Source: a virus. From it: DNA of 64,000 bases. Below the pieces are notes generated by a model. That model saw only the letters and a list, made by a program, of their open reading frames with translations. It searched no databases and was not told the DNA's origin. The stretch's first letter is position 1. Every line of letters starts with the position of its first letter. Position numbers and translations under genes: made by a program. Location: positions 1 through 64,000 of IMG/VR virus record IMGVR_UViG_3300046163_000090; one strand, 5' to 3'. Below are positions 30,322 through 42,300 of this stretch, one piece after another.

Positions 30322-33300
30322 ATGACAGGTGGTTTGAATAGTTTAGGAGTAAGGACTCATGAGGTTGGCTTGGTGCCTAGCATTCAAGCTGCAGTCAAAA
30401 GAATTAATAGAGCTGGTATAGTTGTAAGGGTTAGAGCTAGTGATTTCACTCAGCCCTTAGGTAAGATGTCGGCGAAAGCTAATGAATTTACAAAATCTTT
30501 AGAAGCATCCAATGCTCGTGTTATTGCTTTTGGGGCTTCAGCTGCAATTATAGGTGGAGTAACTACAGCTTTCTCGCAATTAGTTATACAAGCAGCAAAA
30601 GTTGAAAAAATTCTCGCAGACATTAATGCTGTACTAGACACGTCTAGTGAAAATTTAAGAAAATTTGGAGATGGTTTATTTAATGTTGCCAGAAATACCT
30701 CTCAAGCGCTTGAGGTAGCTGCGGAAGCTGCGTTAGAGTTTTCGAGACAAGGTTTATCGATGGAAGAAACTCTAAAGAGAACAAATGACGCTCTAATACT
30801 AACAAGGCTAACAGGCCTAGCTGCAGCAGATTCAGTAAAAGGTTTAACTGCCGCAGTTAATGGTTTTGCAGATGCGGGCCTTACTACTACAGAAATTATT
30901 AATAAATTGGCTGCAGTAGACGTTAAGTTTGCTGTTAGTGCAGATGACTTAATTAACGCTCTTGCAAGAGCTGGTGCTGTAGCTCAAGATGCTGGTGTCG
31001 ATTTTAATTCATTAGTTGGAGCTGTTACTTCTGCTCAACAAATTACCGCTAGAGGTGGAGCAGTTATAGGTAATAGTTTCAAGACTATCTTTACCAGACT
31101 TCAAAGAAGCTCTACCCTAGACAGATTACAAGAATTAGGGATTGCAGTAAGAGATTTACAAGGAAACACCTTACCAGCCATAAATATTTTAACAGAACTT
31201 TCACGCTCTTATGATACCCTAGGAGCCGCAACTAGAGCGGCTGTCGCAGAACAAGTTGGTGGAGTATTTCAAATTAATGTACTTAAGGCAGCTTTAAAAG
31301 ATTTAGGTAAAGAAAATTCTTTGTATGCCCAAGCTACTCAGACAGCTTCAGATGCGACAAACGAAGCATATCGAAAAAATGAGATGCTCCAAAAAACACT
31401 TTCCTCAATTGCCAATCAAACCCTTACCACCGTCAGAGAATTGACAGCTAACTTGGGCGATTTAACTATCGCTCCAGCTTTAACTAGTTTTCTGGACAGC
31501 ATAAATGGAGCTCTATCTGCCGTATCTGACTTATTTGGAGAGAAAGAAGGAGAGAGTATTGGTTCTGACTTTGCTAAAGGTTTAGCTCGAGCGGTAGGTA
31601 ATGTTTTATCTGGTCCAGGAATGTTTGGGCTAGTACTTATTTTTGGAAAACTTTTTGGGCAAGCTTTCAAGTTTGCAAAAAATTCAGTAAAGGATCTATT
31701 GCAAATCAAAAGCATTAAAGATCAAGAGCTAGCGATACAGGAATCCATTGTAGATGCAATGCTTTCAAATGTTCAGCTTCAAGAAGCACTATTAAGACTT
31801 GACGGAGATCAATTAAAACAAGAACAATTAGTTCTTAATGTCTTAAAGGATCAAACAAAAATGCTCGAAAAACAAAGGTCTATTGCTTCTAGCATAGCTC
31901 CAGGGTTGCGTCAAGCTGGAGTGCAACCAAACTTAATTGTAGATGCGGGTAAAAATAAAGGAGCTACAGCAAGAACAAATAAATCTTCGGGTCACATACC
32001 TACGGCTATAGAAGAAATAAAAGAGAGGGCTGGAGCAAGGCAAGGCGGTTATATAGCTGGCCCAATTGCGACTATGTCAATTCCAACAGTAGGCAGAGTT
32101 GTTTACAATAAAAACGAAACAATAAAGCAATTTGATGGAATGTCTCAACCAGCCATAATGCCCCCTGAAAAAAGTAAAGCTGGGAAAGAGTATAAAAACG
32201 ACTTTTCTACACATCATGGCTTTGACCCTTATTCTCATAATTCATTTAGTGCAGGGGGATTTATTCCGAATTACTCTTTCTCGACAATGAATCAAAATAG
32301 GCTACGCGATAGTAAATCAAGAAATAGGGGCGTCAAAAACCTTAACTTAGAATACTTTTATCCTGCAGCTGGACAAGGTGGTGGCACTATATTTAAAATG
32401 TATAAAGATATAGTTCGCTCTGCAGACTCTGGTCAACCTTATACCAATATACTGGCTGGAGAAATTATTGGGCCGAGGATACCAAAAATGATCGTCGAGG
32501 GTAAAAAGATGTTAGATAAAGCTAGATTATCTGGCAAAAAAATTCCCAAAATGTCAATTCAAGGAACAATCTTTCCGTCTATGTTGACTCGCAAAATTGA
32601 TAAATTTGCTTCTGACAGAAAAGATGGCTATATTCATCCACCTGTTGATTATATCCCTGGAGAAGAATCTGAAGTCAGAAAATACCTTAAGAGCTTAGGT
32701 GCTGACCCAGAATCTCATGATACTGTTAAATTACAGAATGTATATAAAGGTGGTTATGATACTGGCTTCATTCCTAGCTTTGCTTTGAAAGCTGGACTTA
32801 TTCCTGGGACAAACATTCTAAGATTACCTACAGCTAAGATGATTAATGAAACTACAGCTTCTGATTTCAAGGGTAATAAAATTAAAGGCTGGCAAACTTT
32901 AGAGGCTACAGTTGATAATGTGCAAAAGCATGCACAAACATATAGAAATGAATTAAGCGAACTCAAGAAAGTTGGAGTGGATTTGTTGCAAAGAAAAATG
33001 TATTTCTCAAATCAATCTCAACATATACCAGTTAAAGATAGAAAAAAGATAGCTCGCCAACAAAAGAAGATGACGTCCATGAAGGGTTTTGCTGGCCGCA
33101 ACCAACACAAGATTACTGGCAACTCTCAAGAAGACGCTTTATTTAAATCTTCTCTCGAAAATAAAGGTTATTATCCAACTTGGACTGGAGCTTATACGGC
33201 GGAGGGCAGACAAAAAGGTAAAGGCGATGAAAACTTTAAGGTTGACTTCTTTGCTCCTGGTCGTAAGCCAATAGAATCAAAATACGGAAAGTATACTGCC

Positions 33301-36300
33301 CCTAATCTTATAGCTAAAAGCATACGCCTTTATAGTGATAGTTATATTGAGGAATTTTTATCTAGATCAGGCAGATCAGATTTATCCGAAAATATGCGAA
33401 AAGGCAAGTTGAAGGACTCGACTAATATGTTAACTTCCTTAGGCTATAAAGATGTTAATGCGGATATGGTGTTAAGAGCAGGGTTGTTCAACGGTTATTT
33501 ACCTGACAGAAAGAACAACGTTAATCAAAACCTGAGAACCGTTAAAGAGTTAGAAGGTCGCGAAACTGTGTCAGGTTATTCAGCTATGAGTTCAAGCGAG
33601 ATGTTTGATGAATTTTCTTCTAATTCTGACAGAAATTTTCCAGGATTAGAAAAAATGTCTAAAGATGGAATATGGAATAATAAAAACAAAAAATCCAGAA
33701 AAAAAGAGAGCTTTTACCACAGGGGAATCGTACCTAATTTTTCCAAAAACTGGGCACAAGGCAAATCAAAATCTTCAGACAAAAATCAAGGCAGAAAAAG
33801 AAGCCCTCAGGCAGAAATAATAAAAGCTATCAGGGCTACTCTTAGCAAAAGGGGTATAAAAAGAAGTGCCATGGCTGAAGATAAAATTTTATTTGCTGCA
33901 GAAAAATATATATCGGCCACAAAAAGCAGAGACTACCCTGGTGGATATGTTAATGTAAATGGAAATAAAATTAATTTAAACGAAATAACTTTAGCTCTAA
34001 AAAAACATGGCGACTACCACCCATCATTTGATGATACAGTAGAATTTGATGGAAGTAAAAACCATAAGGACAATTTAATGTTTGAAGAGTTGGAGCAAAA
34101 ACGACTTCCAAATTTTGCAAGATACGGCATGTCATCTTTGAGAAGCCCTATTATGTTTAAGAATGGAAACGAAGGTAGTTTTGGTAGATCTTATTTAGCA
34201 ACAACTTCAAAGTCGGGTAAATTATTTTTACTAAAAGACGGCCATAAACCTTTCTCTGATTATATGAAAAAGATGGGTAAACCCGAACCTAAATTAAAAG
34301 AAGGTGCAGTCGGGGGAAGAGAAGGTTATTGGGTGAATTCGGGAGCTGACGATGTTAAAACTTGGGCAGAGCTTCCAAATACTAAATTATTAGCTTCTCA
34401 GGAAAAAAGGAGAGCCGAAGCGCAGGCTATAGAAAACGACAGAAAGGCTAGATTAAATCCTGGAGTATTTGATCCAGTTTTATCTAATGGTAAAATTTTC
34501 TTCAGCGATGGTTCTAGCGGTTCTGTTAACCCCGATTCCCTTTCTAAAAAAATGGGCAAAGAATATAAACATGTCGAAGTTGATAAGAGAGCCCTGCATA
34601 ACTATGCAAAAGAAAACAAGATAACTAAAAAAAGCGGCGGCACAGAAAGTACTCATTTAGGTAATGCTTTTAATAAAATCTTAAACCTACCTAGAAGCGA
34701 GTTTCTTAAAATGAAGCATATTGTTCGCCCGAGAATGCAAACTGATGGAGAGAAAGATTTAGAAAGAAAAATGAATGCTCCTAGCAAACCTATTAAATGG
34801 GATGTTAGAGATAACCAAAAAGGTAAAAAACAATATAATTTAAAAGCGGATGATACAACATTCAGACAGTTCTCTACATTCTTGCTAGACCAAGGAGTCC
34901 CCAAGAGAAGTGTAGATAATATACACAAAGCTCTCGCAAATAAACAAGCTCATTTAGATAAAATAGTTAAAGAAGCTAGAGACAAGAGGAGTATGGGCAG
35001 AGGCAGAGGCGTGTTTTTTGACGCAGCCAAGAAACAAGAAAGCTTTGAAAAAGGTTTTTCTATACCTACTGATGGATTATTTATCAAAAATCTAAATCAA
35101 ATGGTTAGGGATTTTAATAAAACTGTTTATAACTCTGATGGATTTATTCCTAATTTTATGTTTGGAAATGAAGCTCCAGAACAAAGTACCCTGTATCCTA
35201 CGAAAAAAGATTTAAAAATAAAACAATACAATAATGCATTAAAAGACTTCCTGGAGCATCAGGACAATATAAAAAACAAAGCCTGGTCTATGGCAGATTT
35301 TGCAGGCTATATAAATAACGATGAACTATCATACCCTAATCTCGGAGACACTGCCGCTGGACACTCGGTCAATATTCTAAAAGGCAAAAGCCTCATATAT
35401 CATAGTTTAGCGAAATCAAGCAAACCTCTTCTTGAGGAATTTGTTACAGGCTTAGGTAGAAAAACAAACGCTCAATCCATAGGAGCAGCATACGAAAAAT
35501 TAATTGAAGATAATTTTGGGGTTCAGTCACTAGGACACAATGCTCCAATAGATTACAAAAACCTTGGTCAAAAAGTAAACGACTTTAAAGAAGTAAGAGA
35601 TCCTTCTGGAAATGCTATCAATGAGCCTAAATATACTTTACTTAACAGCACAAAACCTAATTCTCCCGTAGAAGCTGCTGGTGGTACGGGACACACAAAA
35701 CAACATATGGGTCGAAAAGGTCCACGTTTTGCAGCTCAAAATCCAACTGGACTAAATGACATAAAAGCGACGATTTTAAGTACTCTTAAAGGTGGACCAA
35801 CCAAAACAAAGGAACCATTAACAATAGGGACTGAACGAATAGTAGAATTAACTCAAAAAGGCCAGAGCGATGAACAGAACTTATCAGGCTATGATCCAAA
35901 GTTTAAGGCCTTTCAAATAATTTCAGAACCTTCAGATACAGCATTCAAGAAAACAAAAAATATTCTTAGATCTATGAAGGGAACAAAGCAAGTGAAAGAT
36001 AAATCTGCAATCAGCAGCAGGGTAAAAGCTCAAAAAGGTAATAATTTTAATATTAACCTTTTTGGTGGGTATGGAAAATCTGCACATCTAGTAGGTTCTC
36101 AAAATATGATAAAGCTAGAACAAGAGATTGAACAAGAAATAAATAAACAATATAAAAATCAAAGTTCAAAAAATAAAGCAAATTTCAGCAAACAAGTAAA
36201 GAATGCTTCTCAAAATACTTTCGAAATAAAATACGATAAAGATATACTGGATCTCGCGACCCATCCAATAACAAAATCACACGGACACATTCCCAACTTT

Positions 36301-39300
36301 TCCGCATGGAACCCTCTGACTAAAAATACTCAAAGCATTGCAAAGCAAGGCGGCTTAGCTACTAATAAGTTTGATCTTGCAAAAATAATTCAAAACTCTC
36401 CGTTCAAAGACTTGCTACGCAGACATTACCATTGGAATAACTTTCCCGAAAAACATAAAAAGCGCCTCAACGAATGGCTTAGGTCTCAAGGCTACACAAA
36501 TAGGACACTGCAAGGATGGGGTGTACTTTCGAGAAATAGTGGATCCATAGCGAAAGGAGCTACAGAAATACTAACGTCTTCTGGGCACATTCCAAATTTT
36601 GCAAACCCACTAGGAGATGCTATATCCAGAGAGAAAGAAGCCCTGAGAGAGCGAGGCTCTGCCGCCGACATTTACATAGATCAAGATAATAGACTCAAGA
36701 ATCCAAAGAATCCAGCAGGTTTATTGGTTGCTAATACTCGAGACGAACCTAAGTCTGGCTCGCAAGGCGTTAATCGAGCAATATCGATGGGTATGGATCC
36801 AAAAACTCATGGTGCGAGCAGTGGGGTTGTTCCGAATTTCGCATCAAGCACAAAGGGTAGTAGCAGTAGTAATAAATCCGCTAACGAAATAAAAGACACA
36901 GGCAAGGCAATGAAAGAAGCTGGTGATGCTAGCGGTGACCTTATGATGAAAATGATGGGCCTAACCACTCTTACTTATGCTTTAGATGGAGCCATGGGTG
37001 AAGCTTCAGAAACAGCTTCTGGCTTTCAAAAAGCAATGGGGGTAGTAAATGCTGCCATAATGGGGGCTAGTCAAGCAGCCATGCTTGCAATGGTAGTGCC
37101 TAAAGGTACATCTGCGAAAGGTAGAAGAAAATTGAACGATGGATTCGAAAAGGCTAAAAACGCCTATGGTTCCAAAAATCAAAGTACGGGATCAAGACTC
37201 AAAGCTGGGCTAGGTGGAGCTGGAATGATGGCAAAAGGAGCTGGAGGAATGTTGATGGGTGCGCTTGGACCTCTAGGCATGGCTGCAGCAGCATTAATTC
37301 CAATCTTTTCAGCTCTAAAAGAACAATTTGGTTTATTTAAAAGCAATATAGAAAACATTGGCGATTCACTAAATGCTGCCAGAAAACAACAAGACTTACT
37401 TAACCAAGCTACATCAAGTTTATCTTCCGAGCAACAAAATGCAAAAAGTATTATAGAATTAGAATCCAAAGGTAGAAATCTAAGTTCTGAACAAATGAAT
37501 GAATTGCATAAATTAAGGATTCAAGAAATTCAAAATCAAGGTAAGTTGCAAGGAAGCTTGGAATCGGTTTCAGCTAATTTTGATTTATCAGAAAAACAAC
37601 TTAAACTTTTAAGTGGCTCATATGCTGATCAACAAAAACTATTAAAACAATTAGAATCAGCTCAAGTCAGATACATTGCATCTTTAGAACTAAGAAAAAC
37701 TCGGGCAGAAAACAGAGAAAAACTAGGTGATACAGACGCTGGGCTTGCTGATTTTTTAAATATTTTTCAGCTGGGTGACTTCCAAAAAACTCTTGCATTG
37801 GGTAAAGAATCTGCCGATAATATAGCTAGGGGTGAAGCTGATACTTTTTACGAGACTTATATGTCTGGAAAAATCAATGAAGGTAATGCTCAAGAAGTTA
37901 ATAAGCAAATAAGTGGAATTGTTTCCCTAAATCTTAGTAAATTAAGAGGTGGTGATGCTTTTGATTACGAAGATTTTGCAAGAGACGATGAATTTCAAAG
38001 TCAATTTTCTAACTTAGCTAAAACCTTAGGTTATGAAAATAATCCAGAAGAAGGTCCAGATTTAAATGAATTTAAACGAAGAATGTCTGAATCAATAGCT
38101 TCCGTAAATGCTCAAAGTTATTACTCTGGAATATTCGGGACTAACTTAAATCCGTTTAACAGTGGACAATTCACACAAGACGAACGAGAAACATCAAAAA
38201 CTTTCAAACAACAACTTCAACGTAGAGTTTCTGGAGCGAAAGAAGATGATGCAGCAAAAATTGCCAAAAAAAGCGAACAAGTAAATTTAATTGACATTGC
38301 CAATGAATCTAATAAAATGGCAAAACAAATATCCTTTGAGCAAGATAGAGCTTTGTCTTTAGCTAAACAACGATTAAAAATTGAGCAGAAAATTTTTGAA
38401 CAAGATCAAGCTAGATTAGGGTTGACTGATGAAATAGAAGATTTTCTTGGAGTGTTAAATGTTGATCAAAAAGTAGATAGGCAGTTTGATCGAAAAGAAA
38501 CAGCTATTGATCAAAAAGCAGAACAAGATATTAAATCCCTAAGAATTGATGCCAGGGCAGAATCTAAAAAATTCCTCGAAGATAAAATAAAAACAGATAG
38601 ACTTAATAATTCAATGTTTGACCCCATGACTGGAATCAATCAAGATAAAGTTGAAAAACTTCTACGAGAGATTGCAGATAATACAGATCCCAATTCAAAA
38701 GCAACATCAAAAGAAGAGATAGACTTTGCTAACAAATTCGAAAGGTCAGCTATAGAAGCAATGAAGGGCAAGGGCATCGATCCTTCGTCGTTTAATAAGG
38801 AGAAAGAATTAACCGAACAATTGAATAAGGCTATTGCGAAACGAAACGAAATAAATGCTAATTATAAAGATGATCAGTATATGAGGAAAAGGATGACTGA
38901 GCAAAACCCCGAAGCAAGTGAGGAAAATATTCAGCAGCTTTTTAATGAAAGGATACAAGCTAGAGCAGACAACCCAATCCTTAACAAAGTAACTCGGGCT
39001 CAAGAAGATTTTACCTCCCGATATACAAAAGGGTTCAATCAGGTTATGGCAGATTTCAGAGAAAGAAAACAAGTTTTGGCAAGGCCAGATGCTATCAGAA
39101 TATATGAACAGTCTAGTGACTACAAGGCTTTAGAGAAAGATATGCAGAACAAAATTCAGTCACTTGTAGAAATGTCAATATCTGGAAGCAATAACCAGAA
39201 TAATGAAGGCAAAGAGCAGACTAAGCGTCTTAGTTTTAGCAACACATTATACAATGAAGCTGAGAGAACGATATCAAGAGCTAATAAATCATTACTCAGT

Positions 39301-42300
39301 AAAACAGAGCTCGAGCTACAAAAAAGCCTAAAGATTCAAGAGAGAATAACTAAAGAAGCTCAAAGTCCAGCTCATTTAAATCAGCTTTACTCAGAAAATC
39401 CTAGAGCAAATCCTAAACATATTTCTAGTTTAGAAGAACAAATAAAAGATCTCTCGAAACCTCCTGCGGATACAACCTTGAGTAATAAGCCTGAAGGATA
39501 TAAAATATCGTCAACATATGATATTAAGGAGATGGACGAATACATACTCAAAACAAAAGAAAGATTAAAAAACTTGAACTTTAGTAATGGCAGCACTTTA
39601 TCTGGATCCACAAATCCTGATGCTGCCACTGATAACATTAATTCAATAAAGAACCAGGAAACAGAGGAAGCTATAGCTAGCATTCCGCCCGTTTCACCTA
39701 GTGAAAAAGCTTTAATGAATAATGCAAGCTCGCCAGAACGAATAGATATTCAAGCCAGAGCTAAAGAACAAGATACTGCTGACCGCATAAAGCTAGTAGG
39801 AGCGAATGCTCAAGCAAAAGGAGTTAAGGATGGCACTAGAATAGCCGAAAGTAAGCTAAAAGATAAAGCTAATTCCTTAACTAATAGAGAGCAAACTATA
39901 CTTCCAGATTTATTTCAACAGCAACAAATACAAGGAATTAAGTATGACTCTAGTCCATCAGTTTCCAATCCTGGAGTATTCGGCCAAACAGGTGACATGC
40001 CTTTAGTAAATCCGAACGATCCTATTTATCCAATTAATCAAGCAAGAATGGGTAAAGATTTAGCTCTGCCAGTTTCTACTCCAGATAAAATTGACGGAAA
40101 ATCTACTGAAGCTCGAGCGAAAAGTGAAGCTGAAATTAATAAGATTATGAGTGAAATTTTTATCCAGCTTAGAGATCACAAAAAGATAGCTGGTGGTGTT
40201 GTTGATAAAACTAAAGCTAGAAGTATGATTATTGATGGTCTACTTCAACTTGATGATGATATTGAAAGAGCAAAAGCTATTGAACTTATTAACACTTCAA
40301 ATGTAACAACTTATACTGATCATGAAATTGATTTAATAAAACAAGGATTGAATCAAAAACAAGCTACATTATCTGATCAAGAGCAAGCCGCTCGACAGGA
40401 AAAGAAAGCGAATAAAGATGATCTAGATCTCCAGAAACTCAGTGAATCATTCCGAAATAGAACAAACGCAGGCCTCCAAGAAACTCTCAGAATAAGAGGC
40501 GATATTAATAATTACGAAGAAAGAGTATCAGATGCCGTTCAACATAATCTTGGAGTTCAAAGCGGATTTGCGAAACTTTCATCCGAAATGCTTAATGTGC
40601 AAATAGGGAAACTCAGAAGCATGGAACGGGATGGCTCTCTAGCAAAACATTCCGAGAGTTTAGCAAATGAAGAGCTTGGCAGAGAAGAGAAGCAGCGAAT
40701 ATTGAGCACTGCTATGCTTAAAGCAAAAAATAATTTACTAGATGGCACGGAAAGAGGTGTCCAGATTGCTGGAGATAATTTTGATGCTCAAGAAGAAGAA
40801 CGCAGATTGACCTTAATCGCCGCTCAAAATAAATTAAAACTTTCAAATTTATCTGAAAAACTATACAAGCAGGCAGAAACTGAAAGCTCCATAAAAGTAG
40901 CTCAATTAGCTATTGAGAATAAACTACTAGCTCAAAAAACAAAATTATATGAGACTACAGAAGCTTTAACAAAAGAAGTTGAGGGCGAGTTAGAGCAGCA
41001 AAGGCGAGCAACTTATAATACAGGATTGCGCAATCAAGAAACTAATAGATTAAACGATCAAATGATTACAAATCCTAATGATCCATATTTTGGGATGACT
41101 GGCTTTCAAGCAAATGCTCAACAAAGAGCCCAAGATTTAAATACTGCCCAGACATCTCAAGTAAAAAATGCCAGAGCAGATTTCCAGCTTTACACAGGAA
41201 GAGGTAATGAATTAAGAGCTTCTGAAACTAGACTCCAGCTTTTGCAATTTCAAAAACAACAAAATATAGAAAACGGAAAAGGGAGAATGTTTTCTGATAC
41301 TATAGCAGTTAGAATCGCTGAAGTTAATGTTGAACTTGATCGATTTAATGAAACCTTAGCTAATACAGCATTTGATAGTGTAAAGCAAGGGTTCAGGGAT
41401 ATGATGGACACTATGGCCTCTGGCACAGCTGAAATGAGCGATGTATTCGGAGCTTTCTTGGGTTCAATCGTTTCAGCTATAAGTGATAAGTTAATAGATA
41501 GAGCCACAGCTCAAATTACCTCAGGTCTTTTTGATATAATTGGCATTGGAGAGCACAATAAAGGTGGGATAGTAGGATATAATCGTGGAGGTTATGCTAT
41601 GGGGGGTAAGTCGTCTCAGACTCCAGCAATGTTAACTGCTGGAGAATATGTTGTAAGAAAGAAAGTTGTAGATAGATTAGGCTCTGGAACTTTAGATAAA
41701 ATGAATAAAACTGGCTCATTAGATTCTTTATACCAAGAGCCTAGCACTAATAATTTTGATATCTCTACATCAAGTGGTGCTCCAGGTATGGCTTTCATGA
41801 ATGAAGGAGGATGGCTTAGTAGGCAATGGGATACAGCTAAGTCAACTTTCTCTCCCTTTACATCTTCCTCAAGTGATTCCAGTTGGGGTAGAGTTGCTAA
41901 AGGTAGCGGTATGCTTTTAGGCTCGTCCTATGGTGCCTATGAAGAGGCTCAGAAAAATGCTGCAGATAATGCTCCAGAAGCTCCACAAGCCCCTTCAACA
42001 GCAGTATTAAATACGACTTCAGATTTAAGTTTAGATCCATCTAGCAGCTCAATGTCTCCTTCGATGCGACAAGGTGGCAATAGTTATGCCCAACAATACG
42101 GAGATTATTTATTGAAAAAGTATGATTATGATGTTCAACAAAATAATCAAGCTGTTGAGGCAAAAGCTGGATTCTGGCAAGGCATGGCAAACCAATTCGG
42201 AGTTGCCCTCGGAGGTGCAGCAGTAGGTAAATTTACATCTTCCCTTGGAGCCGCCTGGGATACTAGGTGGGGAAGCGAAGCAACTGTAGAAAGATGGAAT

